64,000 bases of DNA from Fidelibacterota bacterium (GTDB lineage Bacteria > Fidelibacterota > Marinisomatia > Marinisomatales > TCS55): assembly GCA_046861385.1 (NCBI GenBank), contig JBHHTW010000003.1:1-64000 (forward strand). The letters are read 5' to 3'. Shown piece by piece: positions 39,901 through 49,218 of this stretch (positions within the stretch are counted from its first letter, which is position 1; every line of letters begins with the position of its first letter). Made by a program: the position numbers and the translations under genes. The notes beneath the pieces are model-generated. The model saw only the letters and a list, made by a program, of their open reading frames with translations. It did not search any database and was not told the DNA's origin.

Positions 39901-41447
39901 ATTGCATCAAATTCTTTCAGCATATTTTCGATTTTTTGTGGGGTAATTGTTTGTCCGGATGCACTTTTATAGATTTCTTTTTTTCGATCATGTATATAAT
40001 AATGACCATTTTTCTCAGCAAAAATATCACCAGTGTGAAACCAGCCTTTTTTCAATGTTGAAACTAGAGGATCTCCATAGTAATGTTTAGAAATATAAGG
40101 ACCTTTGAGCAAAAGTTCTCCATCGGTGGAAAGACGAAGCTCTATACCAGGTAAAGCAAGCCCAACCGAATCAATATTATAGTCACCTGGAGGAGTCATT
40201 GTAATTCCGCCAGTAGCTTCAGTCATTCCGTACCCGCTCAAAAGATTAATGTCATTTGATTGAAAAAATTGAAAGATATCCGGATCAAGATAGCCAGCAG
40301 CTGATAAACCCCATTTTAAAGAACCGCCTGTTACTTTTTTAACGACATTTTTTATCAAAATATTATCATTTGTATCCGCCGATGTTGTTGACTGTATGGT
40401 ATTATATAATTGAGTCCATCTTCGGGGGACACTAATAAAAACAGAAGGCTTTATGGTTATAAAATTATTCTGCAATGCCTTAAAAGAAGAATCTTGGGCA
40501 AACGTATAAGACGCTCCCCAAAAAATACTGCCTTGCAGTTCAAAAAATCTACCGAATGTGTGATAGAGTGGGAGGTAGCATAAAAAGGAATCTTTTGAAC
40601 CAATTTCAGGTAAAGCCAATGCTCGGGCGAAGCGTTTAATTATAAAATTATTCTGTGTAAATGCAATGCCTTTGGGTTCCCCTGTTGTCCCGGATGTATA
40701 CATAATAGTAGCAATGCTATTTAAATTAACTTGGTTAATCCGTTTTAAAACGAGCATGGGGTCAATTTTTGTATGATTTGATATAAAGGAATCCCAATGA
40801 GACGAATTAAAATTGATTAGGGTTAAGTTTGAAATGGTCGCCTGTAAATATTCATTCCAGTGAATTTGTTTTTCTCCACCAATAAAAATATGGGTTATCC
40901 CGCTCTGATTAATGATGAATTCGATGTCACTATCCGGTGCATTTGCAGGTATAGGAACATTGACAAAATTATATGAAAGACATGCCATATCTAACAAAGC
41001 GCCGTGAAAAGAATTTGGAGTTAATATTCCGACTCGAATAGGTTTATCGGCAGCAGTTTCTTCAAATGTTAATGCTTTGGCAATTGTTAATACTTTATTC
41101 CAGACTTCATCATAAGTGAAAATATTTAATTGTGTTCCATGAAATTCTCTAAAAAGGACGTTGTTTTTATATCGCCGGGTTCGGTTATAAAATAAATGTC
41201 CGAACGAATAATGGGATATTTGAATTAATTCAATCAGTAGGTTGAGCCAGTCTTCAATCCGATTATGCATTACAACCGAAGAGTTCACTTGTGGAAAATG
41301 ACCTAGATCAAGAAAAGTGTGAATGACTCTACGATCAATTTTTCCGGATACTAATTTCCGGCCAATATCAAATAGGTGTTCAATATTTGGAGAGTCGACC
41401 AATGATTCTTGAATCAGATCTTGCATGGATTCCCTTGTTAAGTCCAT
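36951..41447 (-). CDS. Long-chain acyl-CoA synthetase-like adenylation domain fused to a large central region and a C-terminal GNAT acetyltransferase
   Basis: YTSGTTGEPKG, LPLYHTF, GYGMTE, FHTGD, DRKKEI; C-terminal KYHNSGLGARLL..FFQHHGF GNAT motifs. Confidence 0.85.
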   Translation of the reverse strand: MDLTRESMQDLIQESLVDSPNIEHLFDIGRKLVSGKIDRRVIHTFLDLGHFPQVNSSVVMHNRIEDWLNLLIELIQISHYSFGHLFYNRTRRYKNNVLFREFHGTQLNIFTYDEVWNKVLTIAKALTFEETAADKPIRVGILTPNSFHGALLDMACLSYNFVNVPIPANAPDSDIEFIINQSGITHIFIGGEKQIHWNEYLQATISNLTLINFNSSHWDSFISNHTKIDPMLVLKRINQVNLNSIATIMYTSGTTGEPKGIAFTQNNFIIKRFARALALPEIGSKDSFLCYLPLYHTFGRFFELQGSIFWGASYTFAQDSSFKALQNNFITIKPSVFISVPRRWTQLYNTIQSTTSADTNDNILIKNVVKKVTGGSLKWGLSAAGYLDPDIFQFFQSNDINLLSGYGMTEATGGITMTPPGDYNIDSVGLALPGIELRLSTDGELLLKGPYISKHYYGDPLVSTLKKGWFHTGDIFAEKNGHYYIHDRKKEIYKSASGQTITPQKIENMLKEFDAIESAFLVGDRMDYNTVLIYPNPKYLDAHFPDRNPDEIRSSIGALIHSVNGFLSSYERMINFAVIPRNFTIENDELTQKGTYKRKNILNRWSDIIQQLYSSDQTELNINGNRLSIPNWFFKKLEIIPQGIHLKKQYLIIKSINKRCRCTWRGNHLHLGDFIYKVNQDHIDLEELLLDPRLWIGNQQLIEFTGRLVFDLIHFKKSKELSVFDMAIKSPAQPMADTNSPLNLLNNAVLALMEHKLSGLKLINRVFDNSDNQFRRIGVAILERMIHDKNLRFSQKIFNFIIPYLDESVFLINLKILFEKLRNAKKLKTWDLDKTRLKYIHIEAILLELTSARKQNSTDSTSHHFIEMLFQLCVDIALIHPKYFSFIRHELNNWTHSSINTELSPHIKLSMEVLSERFFTMLPKQKTNGKDWEKRIQFEPSIKRDQQIYILNLFQKQSVIFSTIFVLTGGRIVDLSEIDNEGIWVSELSREDGCIQYRTLLTLMDGSAYNFIISHLPNVTKKEIDDISNRQILMSSGIENTNLLNNFITYWPEQKTIITEYDRGSDVYWYLKSRENEINNKKLRDRWDMRWLHFGWSSLQGYIDFMAKTDYKLTIKNPTIKNVIVSEFDNATHVRLIRTFKTIKVESLLEALISLYENLIISTENRFQGLNHVVKWDVIFSCILQTSGTADGLSILTKIGHELRNNEIHGLNAKVIQEYIDKVSMYGYLPKPVVFASRRFQRWMDLNKDATIQAQSEILQELYKDYKLHELHEENPVIRIRFFLLTCFLNHETHLVKELLRLSSGLFNSTMSQEEAESMIRRLIIDSNCSENDAYFLTRLIYHHVEPSDYAELILHDSGMHKHELIVKIKDKGNNLFTIRPPHKPKELALFHDLLLSFNLHANFTEEHIFLLMFSPANKQCGGIYWKIIDDQTAHLEKIALIEKYHNSGLGARLLNECLQRLKKNSVHYVTVPFMTSEFFQHHGFKTNPNFAGLVKIL

Positions 41448-41536
41448 GAAGAAAATTACGGAGATTCTGTTGAATCTTTAGGCAGGATTTGATACAATAA
41501 AGACTCTCATCATTAGCCTTTACTATACCAGCAATA

Positions 41537-42628
41537 TCAGAAGTTTAAACTAAAGGTAATGCGGTTTACTAAACCCAGTAATCCTAAGCTAGAGATAGAA
41601 TAATCCACCCGAAAATTGATCGGGACGAAGGATAATTTTTCAGTATCAATTCCAAAGCCGTACGCCATGTTTGAAACATACCCAAAACCATTGTCACTAT
41701 CGATAGCGTCTTGATATGCAGCGGCATCTGTATCATCGCTTAAGTCATCACTGAATTGCATGAACTTGAATTGCATCCCCGTACGAATATAAAATGCATC
41801 CAGAATTTTTACTTCACCGCCCAGGACATAATAGGGATTGTAATCTCGGGGGTCAAAATATTCCCAGTTCACGGTCACCTCAGCCAATTCCTGTTTTATA
41901 AATCCATTTTTTCCAACTGGTGTCATTGACAACCCAAATCGAAATGCCATGGGTAAAGACCAATCATCTGTATTTAAATGAGCTACAACACTTGGACGCC
42001 CAGGAAACTCTTCATCTTTCACATCCACTTTATTATCTGTTCCATACAAGCGCATCTTTGTTCCAAAATTTGTAACAGCCATACCGATACGAAGTCCATA
42101 AAAATCAGTGACATATTGTGAGCCAGCATCAACGGCAAATGCGGTAGCGGATGAGAATGAAATCGTTTCTTTAATTATTTTTGCTTGCACACCGACTGCA
42201 AAACGGTCACTAATTTTTTTACCATATCCTAATCCAATGGAAAAATCACTAGCGGTAAACGTCCCTTCTCCATCAGTAGCAAATTCTGTCGTTTTTGTCA
42301 TCTCACCCATATCAAAATAAACAAGACTGACACCAAATGACCCAAGTTTTCCAGCCGGAAAAGCCGCAGCTATATAGCTGTGTTTCATATCTGCAATCCA
42401 GTTAAAGTAACTGAATTGAACCTGTGGTGAAGTTAAATGAGCGATTCCGGATGGATTCCAGTATAAGGCGGATGCATCAGCGACTTGGGCTGTATACGCA
42501 CCTCCCATTCCTTCCGCTCGGCTGCCCACTCCAATTTTTAAAAAATTAACAGCAGACGTTCCAACATTATCAAACTGAGCGCTGGCTATTCCAACCAGCA
42601 GGATGGATAGTATAAGTATTTTCTTCAT
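41537..42628 (-). CDS. PorV/PorQ family outer-membrane beta-barrel protein
   Basis: Signal peptide; FLKIGVGSRAEGMGGAY...ALYWNPSG; terminal Phe. Confidence 0.85.
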   Translation of the reverse strand: MKKILILSILLVGIASAQFDNVGTSAVNFLKIGVGSRAEGMGGAYTAQVADASALYWNPSGIAHLTSPQVQFSYFNWIADMKHSYIAAAFPAGKLGSFGVSLVYFDMGEMTKTTEFATDGEGTFTASDFSIGLGYGKKISDRFAVGVQAKIIKETISFSSATAFAVDAGSQYVTDFYGLRIGMAVTNFGTKMRLYGTDNKVDVKDEEFPGRPSVVAHLNTDDWSLPMAFRFGLSMTPVGKNGFIKQELAEVTVNWEYFDPRDYNPYYVLGGEVKILDAFYIRTGMQFKFMQFSDDLSDDTDAAAYQDAIDSDNGFGYVSNMAYGFGIDTEKLSFVPINFRVDYSISSLGLLGLVNRITFSLNF

Positions 42629-45600
42629 TTGATCACCGCGAATTTGCTTATGAATTCTTTTTTAGCTGAAATCACATGAAAGAGATAAACTCCAAACGCG
42701 ATTTCCTGACGATTGTATGTTTGTAAGTCCCACGCTTCAATGCTGGGGCCACGCCAGCCATTACTGTTCTCTTCATGTTTGAGTATTTGTACCAATTCAC
42801 CTGCAGTATTGTATATGCGAATTACACATTTCTCAGGTAAGTTTTGAAATTGTAATTCTCTTTCATATGCAACTGATTCATATGCAGACGTTGATTTATA
42901 TGGATTGGGAACAACCAATATCTCATCAATATCCCCCTGTTCAAGAACGTAATCATCAGCGACTGTCGTAATGGTATATACATCCTCTCCGGGAAGCAAA
43001 GGATTTTGAAAGGAAACTCTGAAAATATTACCCGACTCAAATCGCGTACTGCTTTTATTGAATTTCATCATCCATCCGAATAATCCAGCGTCGGCAGCAT
43101 AATCAAATGAAAACAGGTGTGTAATGTTCGCGTTATAACTTTCGTATATGGGAATGAAAAACACATTTTTTGTGAATTCATAAACACCAGGTCGATCATT
43201 CGTTTCTTCAATAATTGGTTTACTACCGGCAGCTTGGTAGACTAAACAACCGATCTGTTTATTTTCTTCTGTTGACCAAATCGAAAATGGTAACGCTATG
43301 GTATCCACTGTAGTAAGTGTAGAGTTAAAATAGCATGCAATTGAATTTTCACCAAATCTAAAATCCAAATCAAGCTGAAGCTGTGAGAGTTCAGGCCTTC
43401 CTTCGGGTTGATTCACGGGAATATTTTCCAGAAATCCAGCAAACGTTCCGTCCGTTGAACCTGTATAAATACCTCCAAAAACTATGGACGTACTTGTATC
43501 ATTATCCGCAATTGTTTCTAAAGAAGAAAAACTTTGAATATCCCATGCCGCATCTGAAAAAAGCGGAATAAACCCATCAATGACATGAGTCATTATTCCG
43601 GCACTAATATCCGAAGTATCCATTGACACAACCATTTCCATAACATCAGTGTCATAAACAGAGTAGTAGTTTGACTCAATAGTATCAATTGCAGCAAAAC
43701 TGCTATCGCTGGTGACTTCAGTTGTGTCGTACAAAACAGTGTCTCCAAATGTTATCGTATATGTATGACCTTTACTTACGAAATCGTCTGGTGTAATGGG
43801 TAGACCTAGAAATTCCAAGGTGGACGGAACGGCTAAAACAGCCGTTAGTACTGCATCAGATTCTCCGGATGAATGATCTACTGTAAATGACCCCCTATCA
43901 AAACCGGCCGAATTTTTTTGGGGTATAGCAGCAACTGTATTGTCTGAATCGTTGGCATAAGCATTTTTCGACCTCGAATTCTCAAGCGGATCAACAGCAG
44001 AACCTGCCCAGTCATCAGGACCGTCATAGGCTGAAACAGCATACCAATACTCATATCCATTCACAACATTATTATCAACAAATGAATATTGCAGACCCGC
44101 ATCAGATCCTAAGTTATAATAAATCAATGGGTCTGTAATAACGTAGGAACCTGCTATACCGTCAGGCTTGTCATAAATAGCTAAAGGTTTGTATACATCT
44201 GTGGGATCACCGTTAAGATCTGTGACGACAGTTCCCCACATATTCCCACGGTCCATGCTGCGGTATACGCGATACCCCTGGAATGCATTATTCAGTGTAA
44301 CAGGGTCTACGGAATCTTCACTACGATCGTCCCAAAATAGGACAATTTGACCGTCATCTTCGATAACCTGTACAACCGGCGATTCAGGTGGCTTGGGTGT
44401 AGCGCAATCATTATCATACAATGATTGAAATAACTTTGCATTTCTGATTAAATCAGCCTCATTAATTCCCACAAAATCAGCGAACGTAAAAATGACTTGT
44501 TCTCCCGGAGCAACATCAAAAGGGCCTGCATTGATGACCCAAGTAATATCAGGACCGTAAGAATAGGGTTTCTGATAAATATCATTAACATTCGGTGTGA
44601 TATTCTGAGGGGTTTGTATTCCGTGCTGCATCTGCTCAGTATAAGCTTGTGCATCGCTCTGAGAATCTTGACTGTATTCGTACGTGTAAAAATTGGAGAC
44701 ATCATAAGACGAATCAGTTCCATCACTGTTAAATTTAGTACACTCGAGAAATTTCAATCCAATCCAGCCAATACCCGAAGATTTAAATCCTTCAGAAGCA
44801 TCATCCCCATCGTACACTAAAGCAAAATTTGAGAGAAGCTTCGCATCGGTTGTATCTACTAATTTTTCAGCAATAAGTGAATCATTTTTCGGAATAAAAA
44901 GTGCAAAATCATCTGTCCATTCAGCTCCACCTTGTTCAGGTGCATCAGGATCACCGGCAATTCCAACATAGCAGTCTTTAATAGTATCTTTTCCGACGTT
45001 CGTCATCTGTTGTATGAATATGAGACCGTCATTTCCAAATGACAAGGAATAATTCAGTACCCACACATCGAAGCGGACATTTAATGGACCCACACCATTA
45101 TTACTGGCAAATGTGTTTCCTTCTGCAGGATCATTGTCCGTAACCACAAAATACGCCTCCCTTTCTGCTTGGACACCAATACCGCATGGTGCATCGGGAA
45201 AACCATCCGGACCCAATTCCGGTTCGATGCCGGGGAAATAAAGCGTATCCCCGTTTCCCTCAATGTCATAGATAATGGATTCATACGTACCTGTATTATC
45301 AGTTTGCCGAGGCCAAGTTGCAGGCCATGACTCCGGCATATCGCTAAACGCGATTCCAATATTTGCTATCGCATCTACTACGCCTGAATCATATCCCGAT
45401 AACGGCTCAAATTCTTCTTCATTATCCCGGACAGAACCACGAACGCCCACTGCAACAGATGGCTCCCCATTAATGAGACCTCCGACCATGGGTGAGGCTG
45501 TCCAATAATAAGTACAGCAGCCATCTTTGAGCATACTTCCGGCGGGGAATTCATGATTCAATCCCCAACGATCATAACCATATATAGCGGCATTGGATAA

Positions 45601-45804
45601 ACGGAGTGTCAAATTTCCTTTGTCTAACACACTCCGTTTTCTATCGTCATACGAAGAAATTTTTTCTATTCTATCCGGAAGAAGCTTTTTGTCGTATTGT
45701 GGAGCAATCACTCTATTGTAATATTCGATTTTCGAAAGTGTGCTTGCATCGCCACTGTATAATAAGGCGCAACCGAACAAACCAAAAAAAATAATTTTAT
45801 TCAT
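42625..45804 (-). CDS. Large acidic secreted protein with FN3-like region and T9SS-CTD-like C-terminus
   Basis: Signal peptide; FQGYRVYRS...YWYAVSAYD; C-terminal VVPNPY..IRIYNTAGELV..WD...GVYLFHV...KFAVIK. Confidence 0.75.
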   Translation of the reverse strand: MNKIIFFGLFGCALLYSGDASTLSKIEYYNRVIAPQYDKKLLPDRIEKISSYDDRKRSVLDKGNLTLRLSNAAIYGYDRWGLNHEFPAGSMLKDGCCTYYWTASPMVGGLINGEPSVAVGVRGSVRDNEEEFEPLSGYDSGVVDAIANIGIAFSDMPESWPATWPRQTDNTGTYESIIYDIEGNGDTLYFPGIEPELGPDGFPDAPCGIGVQAEREAYFVVTDNDPAEGNTFASNNGVGPLNVRFDVWVLNYSLSFGNDGLIFIQQMTNVGKDTIKDCYVGIAGDPDAPEQGGAEWTDDFALFIPKNDSLIAEKLVDTTDAKLLSNFALVYDGDDASEGFKSSGIGWIGLKFLECTKFNSDGTDSSYDVSNFYTYEYSQDSQSDAQAYTEQMQHGIQTPQNITPNVNDIYQKPYSYGPDITWVINAGPFDVAPGEQVIFTFADFVGINEADLIRNAKLFQSLYDNDCATPKPPESPVVQVIEDDGQIVLFWDDRSEDSVDPVTLNNAFQGYRVYRSMDRGNMWGTVVTDLNGDPTDVYKPLAIYDKPDGIAGSYVITDPLIYYNLGSDAGLQYSFVDNNVVNGYEYWYAVSAYDGPDDWAGSAVDPLENSRSKNAYANDSDNTVAAIPQKNSAGFDRGSFTVDHSSGESDAVLTAVLAVPSTLEFLGLPITPDDFVSKGHTYTITFGDTVLYDTTEVTSDSSFAAIDTIESNYYSVYDTDVMEMVVSMDTSDISAGIMTHVIDGFIPLFSDAAWDIQSFSSLETIADNDTSTSIVFGGIYTGSTDGTFAGFLENIPVNQPEGRPELSQLQLDLDFRFGENSIACYFNSTLTTVDTIALPFSIWSTEENKQIGCLVYQAAGSKPIIEETNDRPGVYEFTKNVFFIPIYESYNANITHLFSFDYAADAGLFGWMMKFNKSSTRFESGNIFRVSFQNPLLPGEDVYTITTVADDYVLEQGDIDEILVVPNPYKSTSAYESVAYERELQFQNLPEKCVIRIYNTAGELVQILKHEENSNGWRGPSIEAWDLQTYNRQEIAFGVYLFHVISAKKEFISKFAVIK

Positions 45805-45806
45805 TA

Positions 45807-48800
45807 TTACCTCAATCCTACATTGATTCCAAATTCAATATGCCGCGGTGCACTGTAATAATAAGGTCGATTTACCCACATAGGTGAATTATTGGGGTTC
45901 AAACTTTCATCAGGTTTACCGGTGTCATTAAATACATTTAATATATTTTGACGATCAAATAAATTTGTCACGTCTGCATAAAATCGTACATTTGCAACAT
46001 TACCAATTTTCATATCGTAATATGCCTTGGCATCAAACGTTGATGTGAAAGGCATGCGGCCGGAGTTTTCATCATCAATATTCCTTCCACGAGAATCAGT
46101 TGGGGTATATGGCAACCCACTTCCCATATTTCCCAATACATTTACGCCAAAACCCTTTGGATGCTGAAAGTCTAAGCGCATGTTGAGGGTATGGGGTTGA
46201 TCCCAAGCCATCGTAATTGTCCTGTGAACTGGGTGATCTCCATAAACAGATGCGTAGTATGCAGCCCAATAGTCTGATTCTTCATTTCCTGTATTTCCTT
46301 CAGATCGGGAGAACGAGTAAAATATTTCCCAGCTGAAGTTTTGGGTCATTAACTTCCGCAAACCCAGTTCAAATCCTTTCGAGTTAGCGTAATCCATATT
46401 TTCAAAAATGGCATATTCTGTGGGATCTGCATCATATATATTGGCTGATATATAATCATGACGATCGTTGTAAAATAGAGTTAATGTTAACAAGAATTCC
46501 GGATTTACAAGTGTTCTCAAGCCAAATTCATACTGAACCGCACGCTCCGGTTTAATGTTGGGAGAACCAACAGGAGGGATGTACCAATCGCCCAAATTAA
46601 ACGGGAATGGATACATGGAATTTCCAAACATCCCAAATAGTGTTTGAGAACTGACGTTTGATAATCCACCGGGAACACCTTCATTTCCAATGCCATTCGA
46701 GTTGGAGTAGTCATACATATATTCATAGTCAGGGTACTTGAAAAAGTGACCATAGGAAAAATGAAATGCAGTATTTTCTGTTACAGGATATCCAATCCCT
46801 ATTCTCGGACTCCATTGTGTTTTTACGGTTGCTTTATCCGGTCGGCCAAATGAACCGTCTTCTTCGATATATCCCCATTCCACATCGCCGGCAGCAAAGG
46901 CATCAAAGTCAATGGATGTTAAATCACTCGTTTCATAGACTTCACCGTTGTAACGATATCCTAGATTTTTTGTGGGATCTGCATATTCACTTTTGGGATC
47001 AAGGACATCATAACGTATTCCAAGGTTGATGATAAGGTCATCGAACTCCATTTTATCTCGAATATAAAAAGATGCCTCGATAGGTTCTTTTTCCCATAGG
47101 ATAAATGATGCATCTGAACTTCTTCCGTAATACCCACCGCCAACTGAGTACGCCGAAAAATTAAATAATGAGTGCTTCTTTTGTGTATAACCCGTTTTGA
47201 TTTGATGCACTTTATTGAACTGCCAAGTCAATGCACTTTCGTATTGAATCGTTTCTGAATAATCATTAAAATAATTATGGTATGTTGAGAAACCCATCCT
47301 CACCGTATCTCCAAAATTATTTACGATCGGATAACTTCCGTAAAATTCATAGTTGGATGTATTGTCATAAGCATCTCCTTCACGAAGATTTGTAAATACT
47401 CCCCAACTGTAGGTATTATCATTATTTAAATCACTATATTCATCAACTCCAACCGTATAAGCGCCATCCTCATCTACGTCATTATATGGTTCAGCGTAAT
47501 AACTGAGCCAGGTAAACTCAGATCCAGGTTCAAATATTGAGTTCTCCCAGTCATCCGGGATGATGTAAATATCAGAAAAAAGTTCATGGTTATTATCTAA
47601 GAATTTTTCACCTGGAATTTTAGGTCCCCTCCAATTCTCGACTCTGTTCTTTGAATAAGAAAAGGTTGCAAACATATTTTCAGAAAACGCTATATTTAGT
47701 TTTCCGTACATGAGTTTGCTTTCCTGCCAGTCGACGGCGTTACGTTCCGGAAGTTGTCGATAACTCATACTGAAACCCCGTTTTTCATTATTCTGAATAT
47801 TGGTTCCCAGGATGATTTTAAGGTTATCCAACGGACGCAATACGACTTTTCCCATGATCCTATCCGTCCAATCATAAGTGGCTGTAATTTCGTGGGCTCC
47901 TTTTTTTAATAAATCAGCTTTTCCATCACCATTAATATCAGATAAAGCATACACATCTCCATTACGGATTCCATCTCCATTTTCATCAGTGAATTCTTCA
48001 CCCTCATCATAAACATTATTGGCAACATCAACCCATGATTCTGCAGCTGAAATTAAAGTTCCTGATGTGTCATAGACGGCATGATCCCACATGCCATTAT
48101 TATTGTTATCTGTGTATGTTTCACCGAAATCATATTGGTTATTTGCAACATCAATCCAAGCTTCACCAGTATCATATACGCCATCATCATCTTCATCCAC
48201 TTTTAAAACATCCCATGGGAGATAATTATTTTTCAATCGTCCATCCGTTCGGTTTCGGTCCGCAGAAATAAAAAATGTTACCAGATTTGGCATAGCAGGA
48301 ATGATGGGTCCGCTGGCGGTTCCTTCAATTCTGCCTGTATTCCAATTATTGCGATCTCCAAATTGATCAGTGGAAGCTCGAAAACTCAAATCATATTCTG
48401 CGCTCCCTTCCCGTGTAATGATATTAACAATACCACTCATGGCCTGTCCGTATTCAGCATCGAATGATCCGGTAATAATCGACAATTCGGAAATGCCTCC
48501 TCGGGCAACATCTGTAGCCATACCACCGTTAATGATATCTTTAACGTAAAAACCATCTACCAAGTAGGCAGTTTCACCGGAACGCCCGCCACGGATATGA
48601 ATACCATCGTCCCCGCCACCGTTATCATTTTCAATTACACCGGCAACATTATCAATAATGTCCGTATAGGAATTGATGGGCATATTTTCAAAATCTTCTT
48701 CTTCAATGGTTGTTGTAGTAGCTGTTTGATCTCGGACAATAACCGGGCGTTCAGCTTCTACGATCACCTCTTCACCTTCCACAGCAGATATTTCCAGGGA

Positions 48801-49097
48801 AAAATCGATTCTGGTTGTGCGATCTGCATTGAGGCGCACATCCGTAATGGATGTCATCTTAAAACCAATGTAAGAAGCCATTACTGTATAATTATCTGCA
48901 GGTATGTTTAAAATCATGTAATCGCCGTTTTCATCACTGGCTGCACCGAATGCAGTCCCTTTCAAAACGACGTTCACACCAATGAGCGGTTCACCAGTCG
49001 CGGCATTAGTGATTCTACCGACCAATTTACCCGTGACTCCTGCAAATAAAATGTTGGCGCTTATGAGTATGAAGAGAGAAAGGCGTTTTTGTCTCAT
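45807..49097 (-). CDS. TonB-dependent receptor with N-terminal carboxypeptidase-regulatory-like domain
   Basis: GKLVGRI...GEPLIGVNV, HIRGGRSGE..YLVDG, FDAEYGQAMSGIVNI, SPRIG, KPER, NLFD; RBS AAGGAGG. Confidence 0.92.
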   Translation of the reverse strand: MRQKRLSLFILISANILFAGVTGKLVGRITNAATGEPLIGVNVVLKGTAFGAASDENGDYMILNIPADNYTVMASYIGFKMTSITDVRLNADRTTRIDFSLEISAVEGEEVIVEAERPVIVRDQTATTTTIEEEDFENMPINSYTDIIDNVAGVIENDNGGGDDGIHIRGGRSGETAYLVDGFYVKDIINGGMATDVARGGISELSIITGSFDAEYGQAMSGIVNIITREGSAEYDLSFRASTDQFGDRNNWNTGRIEGTASGPIIPAMPNLVTFFISADRNRTDGRLKNNYLPWDVLKVDEDDDGVYDTGEAWIDVANNQYDFGETYTDNNNNGMWDHAVYDTSGTLISAAESWVDVANNVYDEGEEFTDENGDGIRNGDVYALSDINGDGKADLLKKGAHEITATYDWTDRIMGKVVLRPLDNLKIILGTNIQNNEKRGFSMSYRQLPERNAVDWQESKLMYGKLNIAFSENMFATFSYSKNRVENWRGPKIPGEKFLDNNHELFSDIYIIPDDWENSIFEPGSEFTWLSYYAEPYNDVDEDGAYTVGVDEYSDLNNDNTYSWGVFTNLREGDAYDNTSNYEFYGSYPIVNNFGDTVRMGFSTYHNYFNDYSETIQYESALTWQFNKVHQIKTGYTQKKHSLFNFSAYSVGGGYYGRSSDASFILWEKEPIEASFYIRDKMEFDDLIINLGIRYDVLDPKSEYADPTKNLGYRYNGEVYETSDLTSIDFDAFAAGDVEWGYIEEDGSFGRPDKATVKTQWSPRIGIGYPVTENTAFHFSYGHFFKYPDYEYMYDYSNSNGIGNEGVPGGLSNVSSQTLFGMFGNSMYPFPFNLGDWYIPPVGSPNIKPERAVQYEFGLRTLVNPEFLLTLTLFYNDRHDYISANIYDADPTEYAIFENMDYANSKGFELGLRKLMTQNFSWEIFYSFSRSEGNTGNEESDYWAAYYASVYGDHPVHRTITMAWDQPHTLNMRLDFQHPKGFGVNVLGNMGSGLPYTPTDSRGRNIDDENSGRMPFTSTFDAKAYYDMKIGNVANVRFYADVTNLFDRQNILNVFNDTGKPDESLNPNNSPMWVNRPYYYSAPRHIEFGINVGLR

Positions 49098-49218
49098 ATT
49101 GAGCCTCCTTGTACGATGGAAAAATAATCTGATATTTTTGATGAAACAAGTAGAAGGTTATTGAGCATCAACTAACATGTTCGTAACTTCAAAAAAAATT
49201 TACTAGGGAGTTATCTAA

